Below are positions 10,727 to 25,018 of a stretch of DNA of 64,000 nucleotides, piece by piece. Every line of letters begins with the position of its first letter. Within the stretch, counting starts at the first letter, position 1. Source of the stretch: Lingula anatina (lineage: Eukaryota; Animalia; Brachiopoda); the NCBI GenBank assembly GCA_051362555.1, contig CM120642.1, positions 33,976,001-34,040,000 of the forward strand, written 5' to 3'. The notes beneath the pieces were generated by a model that did no database searches, was not told where the DNA came from, and was given only the letters and a program-made list of their open reading frames with translations. The translations under genes were made by a program, and so were the position numbers.

Positions 10727-11873
10727 GGTAATTTTCAATACGGGCAGACGTCTATGCCAGAATTAAAGAAACCGCGCCGCACGAGCGCCAGCTACGTGGA
10801 CGAGTTCTTCGGGGACGCGTCCCATGCCAGTCCCGGGGGGCTCGACATCAACGTGAACGTGAAGGTGGTGCCCAAACATGATTACAGATATCTGAGAACT
10901 GGAATTCTCTCTCAGAACCGTGCCAGCGCCAACGGGATGCATTACCCCCGACAGTTGGCCGCCAGCACGGCGGCGGCGGTGCCACAAAACGCCTTGTTTA
11001 ACGCACAACATTCTCCGAGTGATGTGATGGAATGTCGAAGCGACAGCAGCCAGAACGGTAGCAGTATCATGGACGAGTTTTTCGGGGTAAAGAAAGAAAG
11101 CAGCCCCGATTTCAGCGATTTGCAGAAAGCTTCCGAGTCCGACTCTATGTGGGAGGATTTGAGTGCCAGTATGGACATGTTGGACGGAAGCTTGTTGGAG
11201 GAGGTGAAAATGGACTGTGAAGATGCTTTTAAAATCAAACAGGAGCCCGATGCTCCATCAAACTGTATGCAGCAGCAGAACTTCAATAAGGCAGCAGCGT
11301 GTAAATACAATGTGAACATTCCTATGGACGGCGGCATGGGGGGAGTCCCGTACGCTGCCGCCAATGTGAAATTAGAGGGCAGCACTGACTGCCAGTTTGA
11401 AAGGACTAAACTGGAACGCCCCAGTAGTTTACAAATCCCAGTCCCAAGGCCAGTAATGTTCAGTAACAACAACCCAAATGGTGTTAACCTTGCACAGTTC
11501 CAAGTTCCTTCTCCCATCAATACCCCGGTGTCCTCGGCAGCCACTCAGCAGTACTCTATGGCGAACACGGTCCTGCAATCTTCACCTTACATGCAGCAGG
11601 CACCACACCAGCATCAGCAACTGCCCCCAACCCCGCCCAACTCCCAGCCAGGCAGCCCAGAGCAGGAGATCGTCAGGCGGACCCCACCCCCGCCCTATCC
11701 CGGGATGATGATCCCCACCCCCGTGCTTGACGGCATCACAATGCTGAACTGTCTTCCTACGACAGCCACGGGGAAGATCCAGAACACCTACCCAGGATGT
11801 ACAACTATTAGATATAACAGAAAGAATAACCCAGAGTTAGAAAAGAGAAGAATACACTTCTGTGACTATCCAA
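10727..11873 (+). CDS. KLF5: Kruppel-like factor 5-like, exon 2
   Basis: Acceptor TTTTAG|GGT in frame with the 10754 ORF. Contains IKQEP, LPPTPPNSQPGSP, TPPPPY and YNRKNNPELEKRRIHFCDYP (human KLF5: YNRRSNPDLEKRRIHYCDYP). Donor A|GTAAGA at 11874. Confidence 0.95.
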
Positions 11874-14143
11874 GTAAGATTTTGTTTAGTTTCTTCCAGA
11901 TACAATGGTACCTTGCACCATGTCGGTTCTGGTCACATTTAGTTGAGTTTCTATTAACATTTGCTAAAATTACGAGTAGCTAGCTAACATGGTATTTTTG
12001 TTCCAAGGTCATAAATTATGAGGGCAATGACAGTCTGATAAGCAAAAACGTTAACATCATAGTTACGTGTCAAGGCCCCCCCCCCCTCCCTCCGTGAGCT
12101 TGTTGAGTGCATTTGCTAAACTGCTTGCCTTAGGCATTTTGCCTGGTATCTAGATGTTACCGACAGAACGTCCCATTTCGGTCAGCCAAATGTCACATTC
12201 TTGCAGAAGTCTCCAAGGGTTGTGAGAACTTTCTCATATGGTGCGACACATGGCGTTCCCCCCCTTCTCTGGGGTACCTTATCTCAATCACGGATCCCCA
12301 AGGCCCCAGTAAGAACCTCTTATCGTCTAAGCTGAGATACAAACGCCAGCAACAGAAGAACGAAACGTAAACAGCATTGATAAGAATTTCGCTGAAATCT
12401 AACGCTACTTTGAGATTTTGAAACGTAATGCCCCCGTTTACCTATGTAGGATATTGGATTTCAAAAGCTGGGATAGTTAGGGATAGTGTAAAAATGTCCT
12501 CGTGTTTCGTTCAGGCAAAAAATATACGTCTAAAAATAGTTAGAATCAGTTGTACGTGAAAGAGTCGTCTTAGAACCAGTTAAGCCAAGTCAGTGCTAAA
12601 CTGCTCGCTGCAAATTACCTGTAGTTTAGATTTTACGTCACAAACGCAGAAAATGAGGTTTTAAACAGGTCACGCATTCAAGTGGAGCATAATGCGTAAA
12701 AGAAGTACACCGTAAAACTTTAATGGTTTTTTGAAGGGCGTCAGATAATATTTGATAATCGGAGACGCACTGACTGGCCCACTGGGCAATAAAAAGCGTT
12801 GCCAAAAGGTAGTTAAAGGGGACCTCGTGACAACGCTTCAAAAATTCCGTACCTAAAGACAATTTCTGTCAAGGATTTTCGGAGAAATCTAATTTTCGTC
12901 AGACACATATGGGAGTAATAATTCTCAGGGCAAAATGCTTCCAAGACAAACTGATCTGACAGTGTTTAGCGTGACTAATTTACAAACGGTTCTAAAAACA
13001 CAACGTGAAAGAATGCGGTTCAGATAAATTCTACTTGTTCCACATGGTAAAGAGAGATCACCGCATTTGGTGGTCCAGCGGGGCTCGCAAGTTTCAATCA
13101 TCTGCTGCTATAAATTCACCGACCACTTCCTCATAACTTGAGTGATTTCAGTGTTAATCACCGAAAAAAGATACCCTCACATCTATTGATCACGGGGAGC
13201 TTGGTCAATTATCCCAAATATGTTTTACTAAGACCACATCGTCTCATGATTCGCTTCCAGTCCAAACAAACTACACAATACCGCAATTCAAAAGTGTCTC
13301 CTTTTCTAAATTTCACAGTTATAACAGGAGAGAAAATTGGAAAGAAGCCCGCGTCCCGTCCAGATCTGCACTTAAAACGGTTTTTACAAGCAATTTTCAC
13401 AAACTTTTCCACTCATCTTGTTCCAAGTAAAACTTGAGTCATCAATACGAGGCAGTTGCATCAGCGAACCAAGATTAATCATGAACACTGAAAATGACAA
13501 TCATCGTTAAATATGACCCAAGTGCCTCTAACTCGCAATAAATAACCCTCTAATTGAAAGAGGGGAGAGAGAGGGCATAATTCATTACAGCGGGGCGGGA
13601 TTCAATTGTTGCTACCTTCTTTCGATCATAATTATAAGTCAGTACTTAGCTGATTACATACAATAAATCCAATGTGTACTGATGATAAGGTATCTGAGAG
13701 TGAGGAATCATATTAAGCCATCCTCCAAATCTTCCTTTTCATAGGGCCGCATTGCCTAATCCTCCCTATCAGTTTTTCATTAGCCAGATTGAATGGAGTC
13801 GGTAGCTGTTTAGTTAAGAGATGGAATGGAGCATTTATTAAAATCACCTGTATCATTTTGTGACATGTTATCCCAGTCAAAGAGTTAGTTTACTCTTAAT
13901 TGTATCCCTCTACCTGGGTCACCTGGTGCAAGGTGCCATCTGAGGCGTCCTCTGTGGAATATTAAATAAATTGTAATGTAATCAGATGTGAAATGAATTC
14001 CCGTGTTGAAAAGGAAGTCTGATATACAGGGTACGTTAGTGTCACATGTTCATTAACCACTGTCATATAATGTAATAAAAACCAGATATTCAGTTTACGT
14101 GTCATATTATCATAATAACAAAATGATCTTTTTTATTTTGCAG

Positions 14144-14203
14144 ATTGCCGTAAAGCATATACGAAGAGCTCCCACTTGAAGGCACATCAAAGAATTCATA
14201 CAG
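14144..14203 (+). CDS. KLF5: Kruppel-like factor 5-like, exon 3 (rest of zinc finger 1)
   Basis: TTTTGCAG| then (N)[19 protein letters not shown](G), then |GTAGAT. Phase 1 at both ends. Confidence 0.97.
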
Positions 14204-17200
14204 GTAGATAATATGAATTGATCATCTCACAAACAGGTGCCCTCTCTCGCAAGTCATCATATCTAACTCTGTCACCTAGGATGAAGTGCAAGCTAATTAA
14301 TCTGGACCTAAGTCTTTGACTCACCATAATTAATGGCAAATCTGCTGTTCAATTCTATATATCATTTCTTTCTCTGTTGTACAATGTACAAAGTATATTT
14401 TGTGAAGACAGTGAGAGAGGGTACCTGTCTATTTCATTAAATACTCAATGGTCAGACAATCTTCCCAGCATATTTCCCCACATACATATATTACCACAAC
14501 ATATATTACACTCAGTATTCAGCACTGGCTGCCGTACATCCTCTCATTTCATCAGGAAAACACTTAACCATTTGCCTTCCCATGCAAACAGGAGGTCCTA
14601 AATCACCAATTAGTCTACTGAGTCTTTGGGTGTCATAGGAAATGTGTTTGATTAGGTTCAGTGCATATAGCATTATGATTCTGGTATTCATATTGATGTA
14701 TGACCTTCATATGTCATATAGCCCAGTCTGTAGACAGTTTAGCCAGAGTGATGAACCAAGCTAGTGTAGCTGCATTAGTCAGTGTGTTAGCAGACTACAG
14801 AACTGACTTCATTAGTTTGTCCATTTATTGAGATCAGGCTACTTGCCAAGGAGCCCACATGAAAACACATCAACAATCATCATGATTCTCTCATAACGTT
14901 GTCGCCAGTCTGGCGGTTTCGTGACAACTTGGGGAATGTTTTAATTGCCAGATTTCATATTTAAGTGTGTCCCATAGGCAAATGGTGCATGGTCCCAGAT
15001 TTAACACACTTTTATAACCTGAAGCTTAGCCAGTGAAATGAAAACTGGCCATGAAAATCCTTTCATGATAGAATTAAATGTTTGAGCATTGCAATGGCTA
15101 CTGGTTATATTGTAGGATATGTAGGCAAAAGTACAGTATGAACTAAATAGGTTTTCAAATCATTCCAGATAAACTCTGTTGATTGCTTTAAAGGGCATTA
15201 CAAGAGCCGAGGATTTCTACCTCATGAATGAGCAGTGGTGGTACAATAATTGCATTCTTAAGTGGCTTTAATGGAAAGATTGTGTACTCAGCTTAATCCA
15301 CATCAGTTTCTGAGCGATTTTATCCTGTAGTTTGTACAATTTTACACGCGGGCTTCACACAAATACTCAACAATCAGCTGTTTTCATGTTCACAGCCCTA
15401 CCAACAGTATGAAATATAGAGATGGAAATGAATTATTTACTGAACTGATAGAATTTCGGTTGTATTGGTGTACAGCCTTCATAGTTTAATTCATGTGGCA
15501 AAAGTTAGATGGTCTTCTCATCATACATAAATAAACTGCAACCATTATCTCCAGCATAAAATTGATAATTGATCAACTGGTGATGTCAGAGTGCCACAGA
15601 TATTTAGACAATTCTCAGGTAGACCAGTTGACTTAATATCTAGGCTGCTAGGTTAAAAATAACATTTTATGTCTGTTATGAAACCTGGCTTTGAAATGCA
15701 TAATAGCTGAGAAATTTGCTCCAGACAGGTAAACTTTAGGGACGTGTTATCCAGTACACAAAACTTGTTCCTTAGTGCAAACAAAAAACTGGTTGGAAAT
15801 CTTATTCTTTTGTACTGATTAAGGATTGCCTCGTACGCATGTTACCACTGTTCAAAAAGGTTGTTAAAATCTCATTTCAAAATAAAGCACAAAACTAGTA
15901 ACTTCTTACAAATTTGAATTTAAATTAAATTTCAACAAAAATAACACTTCAGTTTCAAATGAAGTCAAGCCCAGAGTGGAGACTTGGGAAGCAATTTAGT
16001 ACAACTGTGGCCACTCAGTGCAACTGACAATTGCACAAACTTGAGACCTGGTGTCATTCGGTAATCTTCCAAAACAGTCCGGTAATTTTGTTAGAAAGAG
16101 GAAGTAGTGAAAGCAGTTGGTGGTGGTTGTAATTGTGGGCATCTCTCCTACACTGCTAGCAGCACATTGAAGTTTAAAGTTACAGGGTAGAGAGCACTTG
16201 GCTCTGGCAAGGTGCCCCCTTCCAGTGCTACCACTTATCTGCAGGGGTTGTCACTGCTTTAGAGCTTGGTCAACAGAGAGAGTGGAGTATAAATATTGAA
16301 GTTTTCTCTAGTGGTACTACTTCTTCCATAAAATGATTATTTTATTCCATATAGTGCCTAAAAATGATATACATGAATATCAATAGTTATAAATAATGAA
16401 AAGAAATGTTAAAGAGCTCTTTATGGAGACTGGTACTATCACCAACTGAAAGAAATTAGATAAAATGAAGTAGCAAAAGGAAATTAAAATAGATTAGAGA
16501 AAATATATGGAATACATATATCAGAAGGATGTATCTATTAGACTAAATGAAATATCCTGCTTAAAATCAAAAGAAAATTATTTTCTTGGAAGCAAAACTC
16601 ATTCTGTAGCTGCACTGAGTGCTAAGAATGGATTTCACTGGGTGGGCACTAGTAAGGCAATATCCGACCACCGACCACTGCTGAATGGGCTTCAACCATC
16701 GTACTGAAGCTGTACATGATGATTCAGTGGTCATCACCAAGTTCTCTGAATAGCAGCTGGAGACAGCCCACACATTCATAGAACCAGGAAGTCCAAGCCA
16801 AATAAATCCTCTCTGGTATGAAATAAAGAACATGAAAACAAGATCCAGGCCTGTCTCTAAAATTGGATCTCTGGAGGTGCTTTTGAAGCTGTGGTTTTAA
16901 TTCCTGTTCACTGGAAGCATCCTGACAGAGTCTCCAACTCTGTTATAACACATTGCAATTGTACAAACAATTAAAACGTGGGTAGAACAATTTATACTAC
17001 CAAGATAAGTGTGAGTGGCAAGAAAAAATCTGAAATGACTAATGAAAAAGTGGAATCCAATTCCCCCTTGGGCTAGACATTTTACTTCAGCTAGGGGCAC
17101 GAGCAATTGCACATTAAGTTAGGAAACAGAAAACCTTTAAATAGACACAGGACTTAGAGTACATAAGTGAAGGAAATAAATAGCAGGCATAGCTCCCCCC

Positions 17201-18782
17201 AGGCCTGAAGAACTGAGGTGGCGAAGGTTAAGTAACATTCACTATTTCAGAGTCATTAATTGGTAAACTTATTCAGGTGAGCAAATGAATATATTGTTAG
17301 TTAATTCATGGTAAATATTGTCATAGAGACACATACCCTGATGTATACTCTGAACTCAGGTACTGACAATGGTTTGGGGTAGTTGACAGAGCTGGATAAT
17401 ATCACCATGGCAACGACATGTCTCACTGAAATGATGCCCATGTTTGAATTTCCACTGAACGCACTTATGAATAGTGTCATTATTGATCTAGCCAATGGTT
17501 ATTGCTAGAGTCAACACAGAAGCTTTTTAGTCCTTCAGTTTTGAGCTATAAATCTTCTTACGATAATGCAATAGCAGTGTGTGTGTGTACACATTCTGGT
17601 TCTCTGTCGGGGACACCCAAGTGACAACAGTGTAATGACAATCACCATAGACAGGGCCTTCATAGGAACTGGCAGGCCCTGACCATGGATATGAAGTGAA
17701 AGGCCCTGACAATGGACAGGATAGTTACTTAAATATGATAAATATATCCATAATCAGAGTAAAGTTAAAGTACTTATATCAGATATGTCAAAAAAATTTT
17801 TTTGAAAGACTATGTACAAGGGCTCCACATGTCACATACTTATTGCCCCCCCCCCCCCCTCCCCATTTAGGTGTCATTCTAATAAAAAAATTGTGATGCA
17901 ACATAAATGATAGGGTATAATTTTATGGAAAACATTAAGATAATGTGTGTATACATGGATGGCTGCAGTTGTGAATCTGAAAAAGGTATGTAAAATGTCC
18001 CGGGGAGCATTTGGATCAAATCCAATAGATGGAATCTTGAAATGGGTTTTTATGCGTGAAGATTACTTTTCTGTAAATAGTATATAGGGGCTCAGATGTT
18101 TAAAATGAGTGTTAATATCAACAAAATTACATATCTTGTCTCATTCAGCTAAATTATTATTGTTTATCAGGCTATCTTAAAGTTGTTTACTACTATGGTA
18201 GAAATAACTTGAATAGCAAAACCAAAATTATTCAACTTTGGCCAAAAGCCATAAAAACTTTAAAGTAGGTTAGAACGTTAGGATATCTAAACATCAGGGG
18301 TAATTTATACTTTAAACTGCAGAAATAAATATCACATAGTTCACAAGTCAGGCCAAAAGACAGACAAGTATAATGTATCTTGGAAAGGAGTCAATTCTAT
18401 TTATATAATGTGGAATTTAGCCTCCTGCTTTTTACCATATGAAGAAGGCGAATGTTAACATTTGTACCAGCCACTTGTAACATACCACACACCACACTGA
18501 GTAAACAGTTTTGAAATAATAATTATGATATTTGGTTCAGTTGTGAACAATAGATCAAAACATGACAGAGTGGTAGGGAAATAAACTTTAATTTTTTGTA
18601 TTTCCTTCAGTATCCTATCAACATCCACGGATGTATTCTCAGAAAAAAGCCAAAAAAATTTCAGTTGGTTCATGACTCAATGATGTTTTCAGACTTCATT
18701 GTGTTTAATCACTATGTAGATATTTTTGTCTCTACACTGATTGCTTCATGACCTTAATAGTTTCATTACTTTATCTTTACAG

Positions 18783-18970
18783 GTGAAAAGCCATATAAAT
18801 GCCACTTCCAGAGTTGTCAGTGGCGCTTCGCTCGTTCTGATGAGCTTACTCGCCATATTAGAAAACACACAGGTGCGAAACCTTTCAAGTGTAAAGTCTG
18901 TGAACGTTCCTTTGCCAGATCGGATCATCTGGCTCTGCACATGAAGCGCCACGAGCCCAAAAGCAAGTGA
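18783..18970 (+). CDS. KLF5: Kruppel-like factor 5-like, exon 4 (zinc fingers 2-3; 504 aa in total)
   Basis: TTTACAG| then (G)[61 protein letters not shown] and TGA. The TGAKPF linker is as in human KLF5. Confidence 0.97.
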
Positions 18971-20610
18971 ACCTGTCGCAAGGGTTGAGTTTTGTGTTAA
19001 CTTGACTTTGGTTGGTAGCGGATCTTGGCGTGTTTGGCGGTACAGGTCGGGCTGCCCTGGGGTGGTCCAATGACTGCAGTGCTTTAATTGGGTGCCAAAG
19101 ATTTGGAATTAGCTACGTCAGATAGACTTAATGCCTAGCAACTTCAGGATTGACAGACTTCTGAATATCTTCATAGCAGCTTAATTTAGCCAGCACGAGG
19201 AGAACTTGTACGACTGCCCTATCCGCAATTGATGGTGAATCATGCCAGGGGGCAGCACGTGTCCCGCAGGACAGCTCTTTTTAGATTTCATCATAGAAAA
19301 ACTGGGTTAGCCACTCAAAATATAATCTTGTCTACGTGATGTGCATTGGAAGAATTTCGCAACTTTGAGTATAAATTGTTTGCACAAAGGTTTCGACATA
19401 GTAAACATGTTTGGGAAGCCGTCACATGGCAGTGACGGAGCAAACAGATTAGCTGTGCTAACGGTGAAGTTTATCTTCAAGCTCCTGTTCAAACTGTACG
19501 CTACGACCCATAGTTTATCATGATCTGATAAGCCAATCACACGTTTTGGGTCTTACTCATTGTTTCCTTACAACGGACGCCTGTACTCAAATGACAGATC
19601 AAAGTAGTAAGATAATCAAATAGAACTACTTTAGATAGTTGAAGAGGGGATTTATTTATTTTTCTATCTACTAAAATTAAAATGGCGTTCTGCAGTCCTC
19701 AGTAATTGTGCACCTTGTATGATTGGTTGTGTAAAGGAAAAAATACAATGACACCTTAAATGTCTATAACATGAAAGTAAGAAAATGAGTCCCTTAAGGT
19801 TGTGATTTATTAATTTGTTTGTGTGTAATGGTAACCAAAGCAATAATGTGGTATTACATTGAGAAATGTTTGTTACTTTGTCAGAAGTATAGCACAGTAA
19901 CTCTTCATCTAAGATCACTTTCTCCCAGCTATGTATGATATATGGGTATAGCAATGGGTTCACCCATGGTAAGATTTTCTAGGGTATGATGTCCAACTGG
20001 AAAGTGTCAAAGATGGAGAGGAATAGAAATGTTTGACGAGCAATGTCTGTCTTTAAGATCAACACATAGACAAGACATAGTAAAGGTGCTGAGAGCTCTA
20101 ACAGTGTAGCTGCTCTCAGATTAGAGTGCCAAAGTGTTTGATTGTTACCACAGTTTACAGCTATGCAGGATGTGGCTTTGAAAAAATATTTTGTTTCTTT
20201 GGATTTTTAAAACTTGTTTTATTATGTTGTTGGGTAAGGGTGTGGCTTCCCTACCTTCATTGCTGCCTGGTTGATGTACAGATATCATTTAGTGACTCTT
20301 TGTTTATTCTTTTACAGTTGTACTTATTTGTTTTCTCTTCAGCTGTCTTTTTTGTTATAAAATGTCAAAACTTATTGTGTATAAAAACTTGTTATAATCA
20401 AAATGTTTGTGTATTTGGTAAGAAAGTGAAGTCTTATTCCACTTGTTGTACATAAGGACGTGTATACAAACTTTTTTAAAACACTGGCCTTGCCAGAGAT
20501 ACTGTAGCATTAGATCTAGTCAAGTATTAAACTTGATGATTTTACATGATTTCTAACTTCAAATACAGTAATTTTTTAAATCAATAAATCACTTGCAAAT
20601 GAATAGTATT
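18971..20610 (+). other. KLF5: KLF5 3' UTR (putative, about 1.6 kb)
   Basis: T/G-rich sequence after the stop, AATAAA at 20583-20588, followed by a GT-rich downstream element (TGTTGTTGTTG). Confidence 0.6.
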
Positions 20611-21002
20611 CACTGTTGTTGTTGTTGTCATTGTGTCAGTCAGAACGTGGAAAATGTCCCGGATCGTGTATGAAAGCTGCAAAAATGTTCTCTTCTTATT
20701 TGAAAAAAAAAAGTAAGAAAATATTCCTACACAGAACTCCATTCGAAAAGCCCATGTTGATATTTTCCAATGCTGTGCAGCATGCACCCTATCCAGTTCT
20801 TCACTAGAGATCTTCAGTGCATGAATGGTACAAAGAGCAGTTATATGTGTACAACAACAGAAAACCCACATATAAACAATGTGATGTAATCTTGTATTAT
20901 GGACATCCTTTGACCACTGCCGCTGTAGTATCAGAGTGTTTGCTCAGTCAGTCAAGATCAACAAGAATTGCACCAACCCACTGCTGTCCATACAATATTA
21001 GC

Positions 21003-21004
<2 letters not shown>

Positions 21005-21084
<80 letters not shown>

Positions 21085-21100
21085 GGAGGGAGGGAGAGAG
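21005..21100. repeat. (TG)n/(AG)n microsatellite
   Basis: Directly visible. Confidence 0.95.
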
Positions 21101-24100
21101 TTTGTACATTCTGTGAAGGATGTGTTAAGACAAAGCCAGGCAGGGACCAGTTTTCCTCAAATCAATTATAAATTTAGTTTGAAGTCGGGCATTATGTTTC
21201 TGTACCCCCCCCGGCTCCACCCTTACTGTCTTCATCTCTCCATGCTGTCATCTACCAGCGCGTACTAATAAAACTATTGGGTTGTTTAAGGAGACACATT
21301 AAACCTAATTCAGGTTTGGTCTTTCCTTGAAAATCACATAAAATATGAAAAAAAACTTTATTCTTGTTTCCTTTAATATGTCATTAAAACGAGAAGAAAT
21401 TGGACATTTTTTTCTAATTTCACCATTATCTCATCACGTGAACTAATTTCCTTTTATTTCTACAGGATTCTTTTAAATGAAGCCTTCATTAATAGATCCT
21501 GTGGCAGACATGTTATACACATAATAACTTAGCCTTAATGGAGCAATATCCAATGTGAAGGTGACACTTTAATTCTTTTAATCAAAATATAATAAGCCGG
21601 GTTAATTGTCACGTTTATACAAAAAAAAAAAAAAAAATTGTTGGTTCCAATTACAGGAAACAGACTTTTGTTACAATTTAACTCCAATGTCAGTGGAAGA
21701 TCACGTACATCAGGCATAAGAAAGCAATATTCTACATTATCCTCAGAATCCAAATTATCTAACACAACATTTTACATTACACACAGAATTCTTATTTCAT
21801 AAAGGTGAAAATGAATTATTTATTAAGTGATCAAAGACCTCAACAAGCCTCTGGGGAATCAATTCAATAGGTTTTAAACAGTTTATTCCTGTACATGTGC
21901 AGGTAGAGTACAGGTACAGTACAGGTAGAGTATCCTGGCCTAGAAACACCCACGTTCACGTACCCATTTACCTGGATTTCACTTTTGAAATGTAGTATTA
22001 GGGTGATTACGTTAACCGGATGTCCAAGTAGCTCAGTCAATAGACCAAGCAAACAAATAGCCTTCATTCATTCTGAACTAAGGGAAATAACAAACAAGCA
22101 CTTTGACCTCCTTTCATTCATTAAATTATTGGGGAGGAAAATTTGGTCTAGTACTAACCACAGCAGATAAAAATTAGGCTTACTGAATTATTTGCCTTTT
22201 GAAATTCCAAGGTAAAGAACAAACATTGCGGTGTGTTGTGTTCGTGGGGGGTGGGGGTGGGGGGTGGGGGTGGGGGGTGGGGTCGGGGTGATGGGAGATA
22301 TGGATGTGCAACTACAAATTTTCTGAAAACTTTTCTCTGACAGCATAAGAAACCTTTATTGGGCCAAACATGATACATTTGACTTTTATTACTTTTTTGA
22401 TTAGCATGATATGCATTTTGTTTCACATTTAAAAGAAAAAAATAGCCTCTTGTATATTGTTTACTTCACATATTTATTTATTCATCAGGAGGTAATACAG
22501 ATTTCCAATTTGGTTTGTATAGAAGTTAGTATAGGCGTAAGAGCCAAGCACAGGTAGATCTGGTTCTATACATGGACCCTCTGAAAGACCCAAGGAAAGA
22601 CCACCAATGTTGGTGTACAGCTGATTTTTTCATCAAACATCAAGGTTTATCGTTTTACAGCAATAAAAACCTTTTTATTGTGGGAAATTACTAATTTCCT
22701 GTTAAACAGAATGTTGTTTACTAAATGGACTTGTCACGTAATAGAATTAAATTCTGGACATGACATTTCATTATTTTGGTGTTTTCCTGGAAAAATTACT
22801 TCCTAGTTATAGTCAGTCATTTTTGAGAGTTATAAACGTTAGAAAAATATCTTTATTAATTTTAAAAATGGAAACATGCCTGAAAGTAAAAACATTTCAC
22901 CTAGCAGATTCTTAACAAGTTTTTATTTTTGGTAGATTCCAATTTCTAACCATAGATATGTAATGTTTCTTGTGAAAAATACCACTGCAGCTCCATACAT
23001 CAAAGTGAAGAATTGAGTTACTCACTGGCTGTTGGACATTTCTCAGTAATATGTGTGTTCTTGAACACTGGGCCATACCACCCTAACCAAACAAAGGTAA
23101 TATATAACACCAAATGGACATAGATTTTAACCAGCCACAGAGAGTGGTCTTGCATGGAACTTTTGGAGATGAATGAATTAAGTATTAATGAAAGTGCTTC
23201 TAGGAAAATGGGTAAATATTTTAATCCAGTAAAATTATTTTCTTTTTCAGAAGGGGGGGGGGGGGGGGGGTAACCTGGACCTCTCATAAGATGAGCAGGT
23301 CGGTAGCCAGCAATATCCATGGGACATTATCTTTCTGAAACAGCGGACTTTTCACCATAATGACATTTAACTTGGATTACATTTTAGAGCAGATTTAGAA
23401 CAAACCTCTTTCCAAATGCATCAATCTGTCAAGTAAGCATGAATGCCCCCCCTCCCCCTCCACCCCCCCCCCCCCTCCTCCGACACAGTACAAAATGACT
23501 ACAATTTGCAGCAAAATTCAACTCCATACTACAGAAAAACAAGTTAACAGAAACATACTTCAAAAGCCAAATGCAATCATGTCTCATGAATAAGTAAAAA
23601 CTGTTGCAGGAAAGCCACAGACTAGTGGAGCCCTTAATCTCATTTTTCCATGTCTCTTTTTCCTCATTTGACTCCTCTGAACTGGCAAAGTATACAGAGG
23701 TAGAGCTGTGTGGAACTCTTAGTCAAACAGTAACAAGTTCTTGGATATGAATTAAAAGGTCTATATAGAGTGATATTAGGTGTAACAGGTTTAATCAATG
23801 CTGCTTCTACTACAGAAACAGCAACCTTCTTAATTAAGGCAGTCAAATTAATGCGAAAATGTTTTTCCCTACTGAACTCACTACATCTGTGTGTATGTGT
23901 GCTATATAAGAAATGATGAACTTTTTTCTAAATTGTAATAATTGTTTCACCTTAGTGGACCTTTGTGACAATCTGGTCTATGAAGAAGGTGGGAGGGTAA
24001 AGGTGAGGATGTTGGGTAAATTCACACCTCGCCTACATCAATATATCTTCATTAGTCTGCTGATCTCTTACATTTCAAATTAACAACCCATTATTTTATG

Positions 24101-24987
24101 AAGACCTACAATCCAGCAACTTGTTTGAGCTGTTTGGGTTATAGCTACTGTATGACTTTACAGAATTCTATCACACCTGTAAGGTCACCAGTGCTGAAGT
24201 TTGAAGTCTTATCTTGAATTATAGGGATAATATTGTTGACTTAAATGACATTCAAAAAGTATTTACTAGGCTAGCACGCACTGCCTTATAAGTTTTATGT
24301 TTCAACAAAACTGTTTATTTATTTATTTTTTTATAATTTTCTTTTTCACTGAATGTCTTCCAGGACACAGCTGGTCTAATATTACACTAGTTCCTCACCA
24401 GTAAGATGAATAAATAACACTAAACTAAGCTTTTTTTACAAAAAATTGACATTCATTTTCAAATAAATCCTGAATGGTTGTAAAAGATTCATTATACTGG
24501 TATTGCACATATCTCATAATAAAAACATGATGTTTCAAGGTCAAAACTGCCTTTTATGAACAAACACTTTCATTTTTCCTCAATCATTTCTAAGAAGCAG
24601 CAGCACAATGTTGCATAATACATTATCAACAAACACGGCAAAATTGAGGAAGTAAAGCGTGTCCAAAAAACAGTACCACCACAAAGAGAAAAAAACAGGA
24701 ACTTATTAATGACCTTTTTACTGGGTTATCTCTGATTACTCAGTGGTCTTGACAAGGTCACCATGACTGATCCTGTCATCAGTTTTTCCCCTTTTATTTT
24801 TGTCACTGTTTGCTCTAACTGTCCATGGAGGAACATGTTATAATCTTTGCCTCCACAATTTGGACATTTCAATAAAAGCTTGTAGATTAATCTACTTAAT
24901 AACACAAGCAGCTGAAAAGATTAGGAGCCATGCCATAAGCCATTTACATACATGTTTTCATTTTATGTTATTAATTTTATTTCAATT

Positions 24988-25018
<31 letters not shown>

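Noticed and set aside
10763-11708. Antisense and alternative-frame ORFs within KLF5 exon 2
   Set aside because: Expected shadows of a GC-rich coding exon.
11874-11983. C-terminal tail of the 409-aa ORF (KILFSFFQ...)
   Set aside because: Intron read-through. Zinc finger 1 continues at 14144.
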